Of a stretch of DNA of 40,361 nucleotides, positions 9,944 through 17,015 are shown piece after piece (the first letter of the stretch is position 1; the number at the start of each line of letters is the position of its first letter). Both the position numbers and the translations under genes were made by a program. The notes beneath the pieces are model-generated. The model saw only the letters and a list, made by a program, of their open reading frames with translations. It was not told the DNA's origin and made no database searches. Origin of the DNA: a virus; the IMG/VR virus record IMGVR_UViG_3300045988_017739, positions 1 through 40,361 of that record. One strand, 5' to 3'.

Positions 9944-10945
9944 TTACACGGTGAAGTTGGCCTTGGGGATCACGAGCTTACCCATACGGACGTTCTTATG
10001 GTTGAACTTCAGCTTCCAGTTGCTGGAGGTGGTAAACTCGGTGTCAGTCGGGGTCTCCTTGGCGGTCTGATCACCATCGAAAGACAGACCGTTCGGGTGC
10101 AGCACGATGGCGCGGTTGTTATACAGGATATCGGTGCCGCCCGCCTTGGATGCGTTGTACTCGGTATAGTCCGGGGTGATGACCTTGGGGGATGCAGTCA
10201 GGATGGAGCCCTGACCGAACAGCAGAGACTCGTAGTTGTCCGCGGTAGAGGTGCCGCGGTCATTCACGATGACCACCAGACCGTTAATGGTGGGCAGGTT
10301 GACTTCCTTCTCCAGCACGTTGGTGATGACGTACTTGTTGAAGTTTACCAGACCCATCTTCTGGTACTCCGCGTAGATCTTGGAGTGCATCACCAGCAGG
10401 CCGAACTTGCCGGCCATATCGCCCAGAGCGTTCTGCTGAATGTCGATCAGCTGGTTGGCGGTCACGCCGCCGGCGCTCTTTTCGATGGTCATGATGTGGC
10501 TTTCCAGACCGGTGGCGCCCAGTGCGGCGTTTGCCATCGTGGTCATAAGGTTCTGCCAGTACATACGCCAGTAGCGGCCAGTGTTACGCGCTACGGCTGC
10601 CATAGGATCGGCAGCGGTCAGCTCGCGGGTCAGGTCGGTTGCCTTCCATGCCTTCATGCGGTCCAAACGGATCCACGTCTGCTTACCACCGGAGATCTCG
10701 GTGGGCACGTTGTCGTTCACGCCGTCACGCACCAGCGGAGCATCCTCGGCAGGATCCAGCGGGTTGTAAAAACGCAGGGTGCCCATCACACCGCCCTGTG
10801 CGCTCATTGCGTCAGTCAGGGACTGATCGTTGGCAAGGATGCCGGAGGCGTAGATGGAATCGGAGAAAGTGGCTTCCTGATCCACAAAGCCCTGATAAAC
10901 TTCAGGATCGAACGGAAAGCCGCCAAAAGTGCCAGTTGCAGGCAT
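9944..10945 (-). CDS. Major capsid protein
   Basis: 333 aa with a strong RBS, directly after the scaffold gene. Size and position are typical. No protease gene is present, which is an SPP1-like arrangement. Confidence 0.75.
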   Translation of the reverse strand: MPATGTFGGFPFDPEVYQGFVDQEATFSDSIYASGILANDQSLTDAMSAQGGVMGTLRFYNPLDPAEDAPLVRDGVNDNVPTEISGGKQTWIRLDRMKAWKATDLTRELTAADPMAAVARNTGRYWRMYWQNLMTTMANAALGATGLESHIMTIEKSAGGVTANQLIDIQQNALGDMAGKFGLLVMHSKIYAEYQKMGLVNFNKYVITNVLEKEVNLPTINGLVVIVNDRGTSTADNYESLLFGQGSILTASPKVITPDYTEYNASKAGGTDILYNNRAIVLHPNGLSFDGDQTAKETPTDTEFTTSSNWKLKFNHKNVRMGKLVIPKANFTV

Positions 10946-10961
10946 AAGTATCTACCTCTCT

Positions 10962-11591
10962 TTAGTGTCGTGCAGCCCGGATCTGAGCCGAAAGCTGCTG
11001 GAAAAGTGCAGGGTTGCGGGTGCGCAGCGCCATGCGCTCGGCACCGGTCATTGCCAGAAACTCGTTCAGGTTCGGCTGCGCATTGCCGCCCTGAGCACGG
11101 GGCTTCGGGATGATGATCGGGGGAGTGCCCGGCTGGTCCTGATCCTGCTCGTGGTTGTCACCGTCCTGCCCGGCGGGGTCCTCCTGCTGGAACAGATACG
11201 GCTTGCGGGCCTTGAGATCCGCGAAAGCCGCCTTGACGTCCTCGCTCTGGTTTTTGCTGTCACGCAGTGTAGCTCTGTTCGGCAGCAGCGCGATCACGTC
11301 CTCTTCATCCAGCGCGCCGGCCTCCCGGGCAGCGGTACGGAGCACACCGCTGAAGGTGTATTCCGCTGCCTGCGTGGTCAGCTGGTTGGTCAGATCCGTG
11401 ATCTGGTTGCGCAGATCGTTCACGTCCACGCCCTCAAAGGCTGCAAGACCCTGCTGCGCAGTGGTCAGCTGCGCCTGCAAGCCCTGTACAGTGGCCTGAT
11501 GGGCGGTTTCGTCCTGACCGTGCAGGCGCATGATCTGGTTGATCTGCTCTTCGGTCAGGCCTTCAATGGCTCTCAAATCCTCGCGTTTCAT
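10962..11591 (-). CDS. Scaffolding protein
   Basis: 209 aa, helical and acidic with a low-complexity C-terminus. RBS AAGGAGG, immediately upstream of the capsid gene. Confidence 0.65.
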   Translation of the reverse strand: MKREDLRAIEGLTEEQINQIMRLHGQDETAHQATVQGLQAQLTTAQQGLAAFEGVDVNDLRNQITDLTNQLTTQAAEYTFSGVLRTAAREAGALDEEDVIALLPNRATLRDSKNQSEDVKAAFADLKARKPYLFQQEDPAGQDGDNHEQDQDQPGTPPIIIPKPRAQGGNAQPNLNEFLAMTGAERMALRTRNPALFQQLSAQIRAARH

Positions 11592-11737
11592 GGTTTTTCC
11601 TCCTTGGAGAGCTACGGCACTTGGTATCGTGTTGCCTTACACGGGCTCTCTGCCCCTCTTTGTACACCGGGGGCTCGGTGTGATCTGGGTAAAGGATAGC
11701 AGCATCCCGGTCAGAAAAACGAACACGATTAGAAAAA

Positions 11738-11951
11738 CGTCAACCTGTCAACCATGTCAACCATGTCAACGCCGGTTCCCTGTAATCTCTCGCGGGCGCG
11801 CATCAAGCGTGTTCGCGCGGGTGTATTCTTCTTTTCTTCTCTTTCAGGTCTGGATATAGAATTTAAGTTGACATGGTTGACAACTGCCAAAAGCCGCACC
11901 GTTACACGCTTTTTCGTGTCAACAAAAAAGCGCCCCAGAGCATCTGAGGCG
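11738..11951 (+). repeat. Dispersed structured intergenic element, copy A
   Basis: GTCAAC at 11739, 11747, 11756, 11765 and 11918. GTTGAC at 11867 and 11876. Central hairpin 11791..11817, then the pyrimidine tract TTCTTCTTTTCTTC. It aligns over roughly 200 bp with copy C and shares its architecture with copy B. Confidence 0.85.
11924..11951 (-). terminator. Rho-independent terminator (minus strand) after the XRE gene; right edge of repeat copy A
   Basis: On the minus strand, CGCCTCAGA-tgc-TCTGGGGCG is followed by CTTTTTTGTT. The single non-Watson-Crick pair is G-U only on the minus-strand transcript. Confidence 0.65.
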
Positions 11952-11965
11952 CGGCAAAGAACATA

Positions 11966-12172
11966 TTATTCCGGGGTGTATTCAAGCAGATCACCGGGCT
12001 GGCAGTCCAGCAGCTTGCAGATCATCTCAATGTTTGACCACGAAAGCTGCCCGCCGGTTCTTAATTTTTGCAGTGTAGATTGGCTGAACAGCCCCTCCCT
12101 GCGGATCCTTGTAGTGTTGTACCCGGAAGCCTTCAGGGCTTCCAGTACGTCCATTTTGTATTTCAGTGGCAT
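11966..12172 (-). CDS. XRE-family helix-turn-helix regulator of the accessory island
   Basis: Preferred start is MPLKYKMDVLEALKASGYNTTRIRREGLFSQSTLQKLRTGGQLSWSNIEMICKLLDCQPGDLLEY at ATG 12172, after GGAGGAGGG. The HTH pattern is typical. It is divergent from the plus-strand island. Confidence 0.7.
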   Translation of the reverse strand: MPLKYKMDVLEALKASGYNTTRIRREGLFSQSTLQKLRTGGQLSWSNIEMICKLLDCQPGDLLEYTPE

Positions 12173-12208
12173 AATATCCCTCCTCCAGTATATCATAGCA
12201 GAACCATT

Positions 12209-12296
12209 GCACGAAAACAAGTGCAAAAACTCCAGAATTATGCACTAATATTCGTGCAAAACGCCAATATCAATGCACTAATATTCGTGCTATAAT
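12209..12296. promoter_or_regulatory. Divergent promoter/operator region: three GCAC-N8-GTGC palindromic sites plus an extended -10 (TGcTATAAT)
   Basis: Sites at 12209..12224, 12242..12257 and 12275..12290. The last two lie inside an exact 18-nt direct repeat ATGCACTAATATTCGTGC. TATAAT is at 12291..12296, preceded by TGC. Confidence 0.6.
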
Positions 12297-12341
12297 AAAG
12301 CCGTAGAACAAAGCACCCACAAAACAGACGGAGGAAATACC

Positions 12342-12662
12342 ATGGAAATCAAAAACGTGCACTGCGAGAAGCAAGCACTGGAACTCTTCAGGATGATGCC
12401 GGACAACAAGAAGTCAGCTCTCCACAATGCGTTGAGCAGAAACCTTGAGTTTACCACTTCTTGGGGGCTGGAACTTGGCGAACTCCGCGCTTATGAGAAC
12501 GGTGTATACATCACTCTCCAAGGTACCCGCTGCAGCTTTTCCGTGTATGCAGAGTTGGTAAACGGAAATCCTGTTTTCAAGCGCAAGCCCCCTGAAAGCA
12601 AGCTCAACCTGAAATTCAGAAGCGGCCTGCTGTTCGATGCTGGAGATTTCAACGAATTCTAA
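12342..12662 (+). CDS. Hypothetical protein (accessory island gene 1)
   Basis: 106 aa with RBS GGAGGAAA 6 nt upstream. I recognise no motifs. Confidence 0.6.
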   Translation: MEIKNVHCEKQALELFRMMPDNKKSALHNALSRNLEFTTSWGLELGELRAYENGVYITLQGTRCSFSVYAELVNGNPVFKRKPPESKLNLKFRSGLLFDAGDFNEF

Positions 12663-12685
12663 ACAATATTGGAGGACTAAAAACC

Positions 12686-12928
12686 ATGAAAACCCTGAAC
12701 ATCACTTACGACACCACCGAGATCGAGGAGAACGGCAAGCCGATCACCGGCGAGACCTGCTGCAACCTGAAGCTGCGCGATGAGCTTGCGGACCAGCTGC
12801 TCCGCACCGGAAAGTGCGATCCTATCAGCATGATGCACATTGAGCTGGTGCTGCAGGGCGTGGAACTGCTGCAGGGCCGGAAGATCGTACTGGACAGCAT
12901 CAAGCACTTTGAACTGGTAAAGGAGTAA
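12686..12928 (+). CDS. Hypothetical small acidic protein (island gene 2)
   Basis: 80 aa with RBS TTGGAGGA. Confidence 0.6.
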   Translation: MKTLNITYDTTEIEENGKPITGETCCNLKLRDELADQLLRTGKCDPISMMHIELVLQGVELLQGRKIVLDSIKHFELVKE

Positions 12929-12942
12929 GGGAGGACGAGACC

Positions 12943-13344
12943 ATGTTTGAGATCACCGACACCGAGAAGCTGAGAGATGCTTACACCCTGCTGGCATTCA
13001 TCCGGGATGACGTTCCCACCACCACCGCCGAGCAGAAGTCCGGCTTGGCCGCCTTTATGGTCAGCCTCAAGAAGGAGATCCGGGCTTACAACCACCGCCC
13101 GGCACCTGACAGCCGCATTGTCGAGGAGCGCGGCATTGATGGCTACATTGAGCTGGTGCGGCTCCCGGACGAGCTGGACGACCTCAACGAGGACGATGCC
13201 GCCGAGTGGTTTCAGGCAAATCGCTACTATGAGTTTCGCCCCACATACTATGACTGTTCTGGTCAGCGCTTCACAAACTGGTACAAGCTGCACCGCCGCT
13301 GTGGGCACTGGTTCGCATATCATTCGGTCAGCTTTGATGTGTGA
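12943..13344 (+). CDS. Hypothetical protein (island gene 3)
   Basis: 133 aa with RBS AAGGGAGGA. The C-terminus is YYDCSGQRFTNWYKLHRRCGHWFAYHSVSFDV. Confidence 0.6.
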   Translation: MFEITDTEKLRDAYTLLAFIRDDVPTTTAEQKSGLAAFMVSLKKEIRAYNHRPAPDSRIVEERGIDGYIELVRLPDELDDLNEDDAAEWFQANRYYEFRPTYYDCSGQRFTNWYKLHRRCGHWFAYHSVSFDV

Positions 13345-13364
13345 TCAAAAAGGAGGACAAAATC

Positions 13365-13586
13365 ATGAAAACCAGCACCTTCAACCGCATTTTTGAGAAT
13401 GCCCGCACTGTGAACATCCAGAGCAACGAGTGGTTTAACTATGCCGGGTTCTTCTGGATGCAATGCACTGAGAAGCAGCTGGCTCAAATGCGGATGCTGC
13501 TTAAAGCGCAGAACTGCAAGACGACCATGAAGAACGGCGAAGAATGGTACATTCTGAACAGCGGAACGCTGATCAAAGTCCACTAA
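13365..13586 (+). CDS. Hypothetical protein (island gene 4)
   Basis: 73 aa starting MKTSTFNRIF at ATG 13365, after AAAGGAGGA. The ORF-track start at 13341 lacks an RBS. Confidence 0.55.
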   Translation: MKTSTFNRIFENARTVNIQSNEWFNYAGFFWMQCTEKQLAQMRMLLKAQNCKTTMKNGEEWYILNSGTLIKVH

Positions 13587-13598
13587 GGAGGTTTTACT

Positions 13599-14045
13599 AT
13601 GAGCGAGAGCACAAAGAAGATCCGCTGCGCAGCGGTCATCACCAACAATCTTGGGCAGCTGCTGGTGCTCCAGCAGGGCGATATCTACCGGCTGCCTTCC
13701 CGTGAGATCAAGTACACTCAGAACACGAACGAGTGCATAGAAGCCGCGCTGCGGGAGGTGCAGGAGAGTTGCCAGATCCGCGGGGTGCAGGTGGATGTGG
13801 CCACCGGGCTGCTTGAGCTGGATCCCGAAAAGAGCCTGCTGCTGGTGTTCGGCTGGATCACCGAAACGCCGGAGCTGCCTCCGAGCAGCACGCCGGACAG
13901 CGAGCCGCGCCCCGTCTGGCTTGCAAAGAAGAAAGAGCAGCAGTTGACGGCAAACCTGTGGAACGTCTACAGTCACCCCACAGATCTGGCGCTGTCCATA
14001 GCGCTGATGCAGCGCAGTCAGCTGGATATGATGAACGCACAATAA
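13599..14045 (+). CDS. Nudix-like hydrolase with a degenerate Nudix box (island gene 5)
   Basis: 148 aa with RBS AAGGAGG. The segment LPSREIKYTQNTNECIEAALREVQESCQI has the spacing of GX5EX7REUXEEXGU, but with S for G, ES for EE and C for G. Confidence 0.4.
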   Translation: MSESTKKIRCAAVITNNLGQLLVLQQGDIYRLPSREIKYTQNTNECIEAALREVQESCQIRGVQVDVATGLLELDPEKSLLLVFGWITETPELPPSSTPDSEPRPVWLAKKKEQQLTANLWNVYSHPTDLALSIALMQRSQLDMMNAQ

Positions 14046-14052
14046 AACAGAA

Positions 14053-14076
14053 CCCCGGAGGTGCTCCCCTCCGGGG
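14053..14076. terminator. Bidirectional terminator between the convergent island and the MuF-like gene
   Basis: CCCCGGAGG-loop-CCTCCGGGG, flanked by an A-run upstream and TTTTCTTATTTTTT downstream. Confidence 0.7.
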
Positions 14077-14081
14077 TTTTC

Positions 14082-15290
14082 TTATTTTTTCGCCTGTGCT
14101 GCCGCGCTGGCTGCTGCGCTGCGCCCGAAGCCGGGCACGCTTTCGCGCAGCTGATACTGGTGCAGCCCTGTCTGCTGCAGAAAGTCCTTCATCTTTGCAC
14201 GAGAGGCTGCCAGCTTGTCCGCTGCGGCCTTTTCTGCATCCTTCTGGCCACTTTCCTTGGCAACAAGAAACGCCCGCTTGTCAGCCCGGATCTGGCGTTC
14301 CTGTGCACGTTGCATCTGGGTGGCCTTGTACCGCCCGATCTCCTTCCCGTTGTAGGAAACAGTGGCGCTGTTGATCCGCTCCAGACGCTCCGGGGAATAG
14401 CTGCGGGTGCTGGCGCCTTCCCAGTACATACTCCAGTTGTGGGCGCAGTTTGCACCCATAAAGCCCCGCACATCCCCGTAGCCGATATCTGACAGGGACA
14501 GGTACCCGTGCTGCCCGCTGCGGCTGACCAGCTGCCCCTGCCACCAGCTGTGGTTGGTCAGGTTCGGCCCGCCGTTACCGGTACGGGCGCCCACATGGGC
14601 ATCCAGCTCCATCAGATCGCACTCCAGTGTGTCCGCATTATAACGGGTGATCTCCCCGGCGGTCTGGTTTACTCCGGTGCGTGTAGCCCGTAAAACCACA
14701 ACGTCCAGTGTGTCTACATGACCGCTTGGGTAGGTGATCGCACCCAGTCCCTTGGCTGCCAGCTCATTCAGCGCCCGCCGGGCAGCAGTGTCAGAGCTAA
14801 AGGCTCCGCTGATTGCATCCGCGTGCGCCATGTCCAGATAATAGGCCAGCTGCCGCTGGGAGGTCTCTGTCATATTCAGGTTACCCATAAGCGCGTGGGT
14901 CTGGGTCAGGTTGTACAGGGTGTTCATGGTACGCCGGTAGCCGCTCTGGACGATCTGCTGCGCCTCCTCGTTCTCCCCCAGTGTAGGGAGTACCCGGCCA
15001 GCCTTGGCGGCGTCATTCACGTCAATCCCGTAGGCCTGCTTCATGGCTTGCGCGAAAATAGCAGCCTCCTTCGGGCCGATCTGCTGCACGATCAGGTTCA
15101 TCTGCTGGATCAGGTAGGCTTTGCCGGCGCCCAGCGCCTGCGCCCGGTAGCTCTGCCACTCGGCTGTGGCGGTGACGCCGCCCGCTTTCACGATCCGGCG
15201 CACCATATCCCGCAGGATCCGCTCGTTCAGCTCGTCCCACGGGGCAGCCAGCAGCCCGGCATACGCGTTGACCTGCTCCGGCGTCAGCAT
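14082..15290 (-). CDS. Minor head protein (SPP1 gp7 / phage Mu F-like head morphogenesis protein)
   Basis: 402 aa, directly after the portal region. The motif ...GFMGANCAHNW... resembles the G-x-NC-R/H signature of Mu F-like proteins. Confidence 0.7.
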   Translation of the reverse strand: MLTPEQVNAYAGLLAAPWDELNERILRDMVRRIVKAGGVTATAEWQSYRAQALGAGKAYLIQQMNLIVQQIGPKEAAIFAQAMKQAYGIDVNDAAKAGRVLPTLGENEEAQQIVQSGYRRTMNTLYNLTQTHALMGNLNMTETSQRQLAYYLDMAHADAISGAFSSDTAARRALNELAAKGLGAITYPSGHVDTLDVVVLRATRTGVNQTAGEITRYNADTLECDLMELDAHVGARTGNGGPNLTNHSWWQGQLVSRSGQHGYLSLSDIGYGDVRGFMGANCAHNWSMYWEGASTRSYSPERLERINSATVSYNGKEIGRYKATQMQRAQERQIRADKRAFLVAKESGQKDAEKAAADKLAASRAKMKDFLQQTGLHQYQLRESVPGFGRSAAASAAAQAKK

Positions 15291-15478
15291 GGGGTCACCC
15301 GATGCTTGTCGCCTTCCAGCGTCACCTCAAAGCCCAGCAGACGGATTATGCGCTGCGCCTCGTAGTATTTCTCCCACAGCGCCGGACTGCGCAGGATCCG
15401 GGCATTCGCCATCAGCCAGTCCATGCGCTCTGCTGCCCGGCGCAGTTGCGCAGCTTTTGTGCTCTTAGCCATCGCCAT
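15284..15478 (-). CDS. Hypothetical small protein
   Basis: 64-aa ORF filling the gap between the portal and MuF-like genes, with overlaps at both ends. Confidence 0.35.
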   Translation of the reverse strand: MAMAKSTKAAQLRRAAERMDWLMANARILRSPALWEKYYEAQRIIRLLGFEVTLEGDKHRVTPC

Positions 15479-17015
15479 TGTCGATTACCCCCTGCAAAAT
15501 ATCTGTCGCGGCGCTCTCGGTCTGGATCTCCCGGATCGCCTGTGCCGCGGTCTCCTCGTCCTCGCCAAAGAAGTGCTGCCGATACTCAGCCTTACCGCGC
15601 AGCCCCATGGACACATCCTGCCGCCACTGATCCATTTCTGTGATGCGGTCAAGAATAATGCTGTCATCCCAGTGGAACGCGATGTTCAGCTTCCCGCGCC
15701 CGGGCGCGCCCTTAACGTGATCGCCCCAGTAGTCAAGGGCATCAATCAGACCGCGCAGCGCGTCCTCCAGTGCTGCCTGCAGGTCGGAAACGGTTGCATA
15801 TAGCTTCTGGCGGCTGCTCACGATCTCGGTGGCGGTCTTTTCCACGTCTGCCACCTGCGAGATCACGCCAAAGCTCAGCCCGGCGTGGCTCTCCACGTTG
15901 CGCAGATACTGGTTCAGGCCGGTCAGATAGCTAGTGTCACGCAGCGCGGGGGCAAACACCTGATAGAAGGGCGCGTTCTGGGTGATACCGGTGTTCACGT
16001 TCATTCCGTGGAAAAGGCGCTCCCGGTGGTGCGGCGCCGTCCCGGGGATCCCCTCCGGGGGCACACCGTACAGCTTCAGCGCCTGCGCGCGTGAAAGATC
16101 CTCGCCAGCGCTGCCGGGCTTCAGGTAGGTGTCCGGCACGTCAATCGCCATTTCGGCGGCTTCGTATTCCCAGTCAAGCCGGGTGTACTGTTCCTCGGCG
16201 TCAATGATCTGGACGCGGGCAGGCTCGAACATGGCCGCGCCTAACTCGCTGCCGGGATCTACGCTGTTCACGATGGGAGTGACAAAGTAGCCCACCGGCA
16301 GCTTCTCCAGCCCGGACAGGTACGCCACCGGCTGGATCTCGTCCCACTCCGGGCGTATGCTCAGCTCGTCCGGGCTGCCCAGACTGTCCTGCGTAGAGCT
16401 GCGGAAAGCCATGTTCACCACTTTGACGCAGGGGAACTGCGCCGGGGCGTCAAGGTCGTTATCCTCCAGTTGTGCCAGCTCTTCGTCCCGCAGATCCCGG
16501 CGGCTTTCCAGCACATGGAGCCATTCCAGCCGGTGGTAATAGTCTCCGTTGTCCTGTATGGTGTCGATAAAAACACCCTCGGTCAGACTGCCCTCGATGT
16601 CGTGGGACACGGGGAAGTAGCAGGCGGCGTTGCTGAAGGAAATACCCAGCTTGCTGCCGCTCTGGTAGGGCTTCCACACGCCGCTGCCCAGCGCAAGGGC
16701 AACGGCCAGAATACGCCTTTTGCGCGGGGAAATGACCCGCTGCAGCTGGGTGTTGATCCAGTCAGCCCGCGGGCTGCCCTCCACTTTGACCTCCAGCTCC
16801 AGCGTGGTCAGGCGCGCCAGTTCGGAGCAGATCAGGGACGGCAGTCCCAGCGTCAGGGTCTCCGGGTTATGGTTCATCGGCAGGCCGTCAATCGCCGCGT
16901 CATACCAGCCCTCGATTGCCTGCTGCATCCGATCCGTGACCAACGTCTTGCACCCGATCACGTTCTCAATGTCTGCGTGGTTTATCATGCGTTCTGCACA
17001 CCTCTCTTTTGCCAC
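15465..17015 (-). CDS. Portal protein
   Basis: About 510 aa, immediately after the large terminase. The ORF-track start is GTG 17015. An alternative ATG at 16988 forms an ATGA overlap with the terminase stop. Confidence 0.8.
   Translation of the reverse strand: MAKERCAERMINHADIENVIGCKTLVTDRMQQAIEGWYDAAIDGLPMNHNPETLTLGLPSLICSELARLTTLELEVKVEGSPRADWINTQLQRVISPRKRRILAVALALGSGVWKPYQSGSKLGISFSNAACYFPVSHDIEGSLTEGVFIDTIQDNGDYYHRLEWLHVLESRRDLRDEELAQLEDNDLDAPAQFPCVKVVNMAFRSSTQDSLGSPDELSIRPEWDEIQPVAYLSGLEKLPVGYFVTPIVNSVDPGSELGAAMFEPARVQIIDAEEQYTRLDWEYEAAEMAIDVPDTYLKPGSAGEDLSRAQALKLYGVPPEGIPGTAPHHRERLFHGMNVNTGITQNAPFYQVFAPALRDTSYLTGLNQYLRNVESHAGLSFGVISQVADVEKTATEIVSSRQKLYATVSDLQAALEDALRGLIDALDYWGDHVKGAPGRGKLNIAFHWDDSIILDRITEMDQWRQDVSMGLRGKAEYRQHFFGEDEETAAQAIREIQTESAATDILQGVIDNGDG

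Noticed and set aside
11738-11770. Could the GTCAAC arrays be a CRISPR array or a simple tandem satellite?
   Set aside because: The period is only 8-9 bp and there are no spacer-sized unique segments. The arrays occur as inverted sets around a conserved core, which is not CRISPR-like.
11754-12248. 164-aa plus-strand ORF running through repeat copy A and the XRE gene. ORF 33030..33275 likewise runs into copy C.
   Set aside because: The frames are not conserved between the element copies, because indels between A and C break any common reading frame. The ORF at 11754 overlaps the better-supported XRE gene. The element is more likely non-coding.
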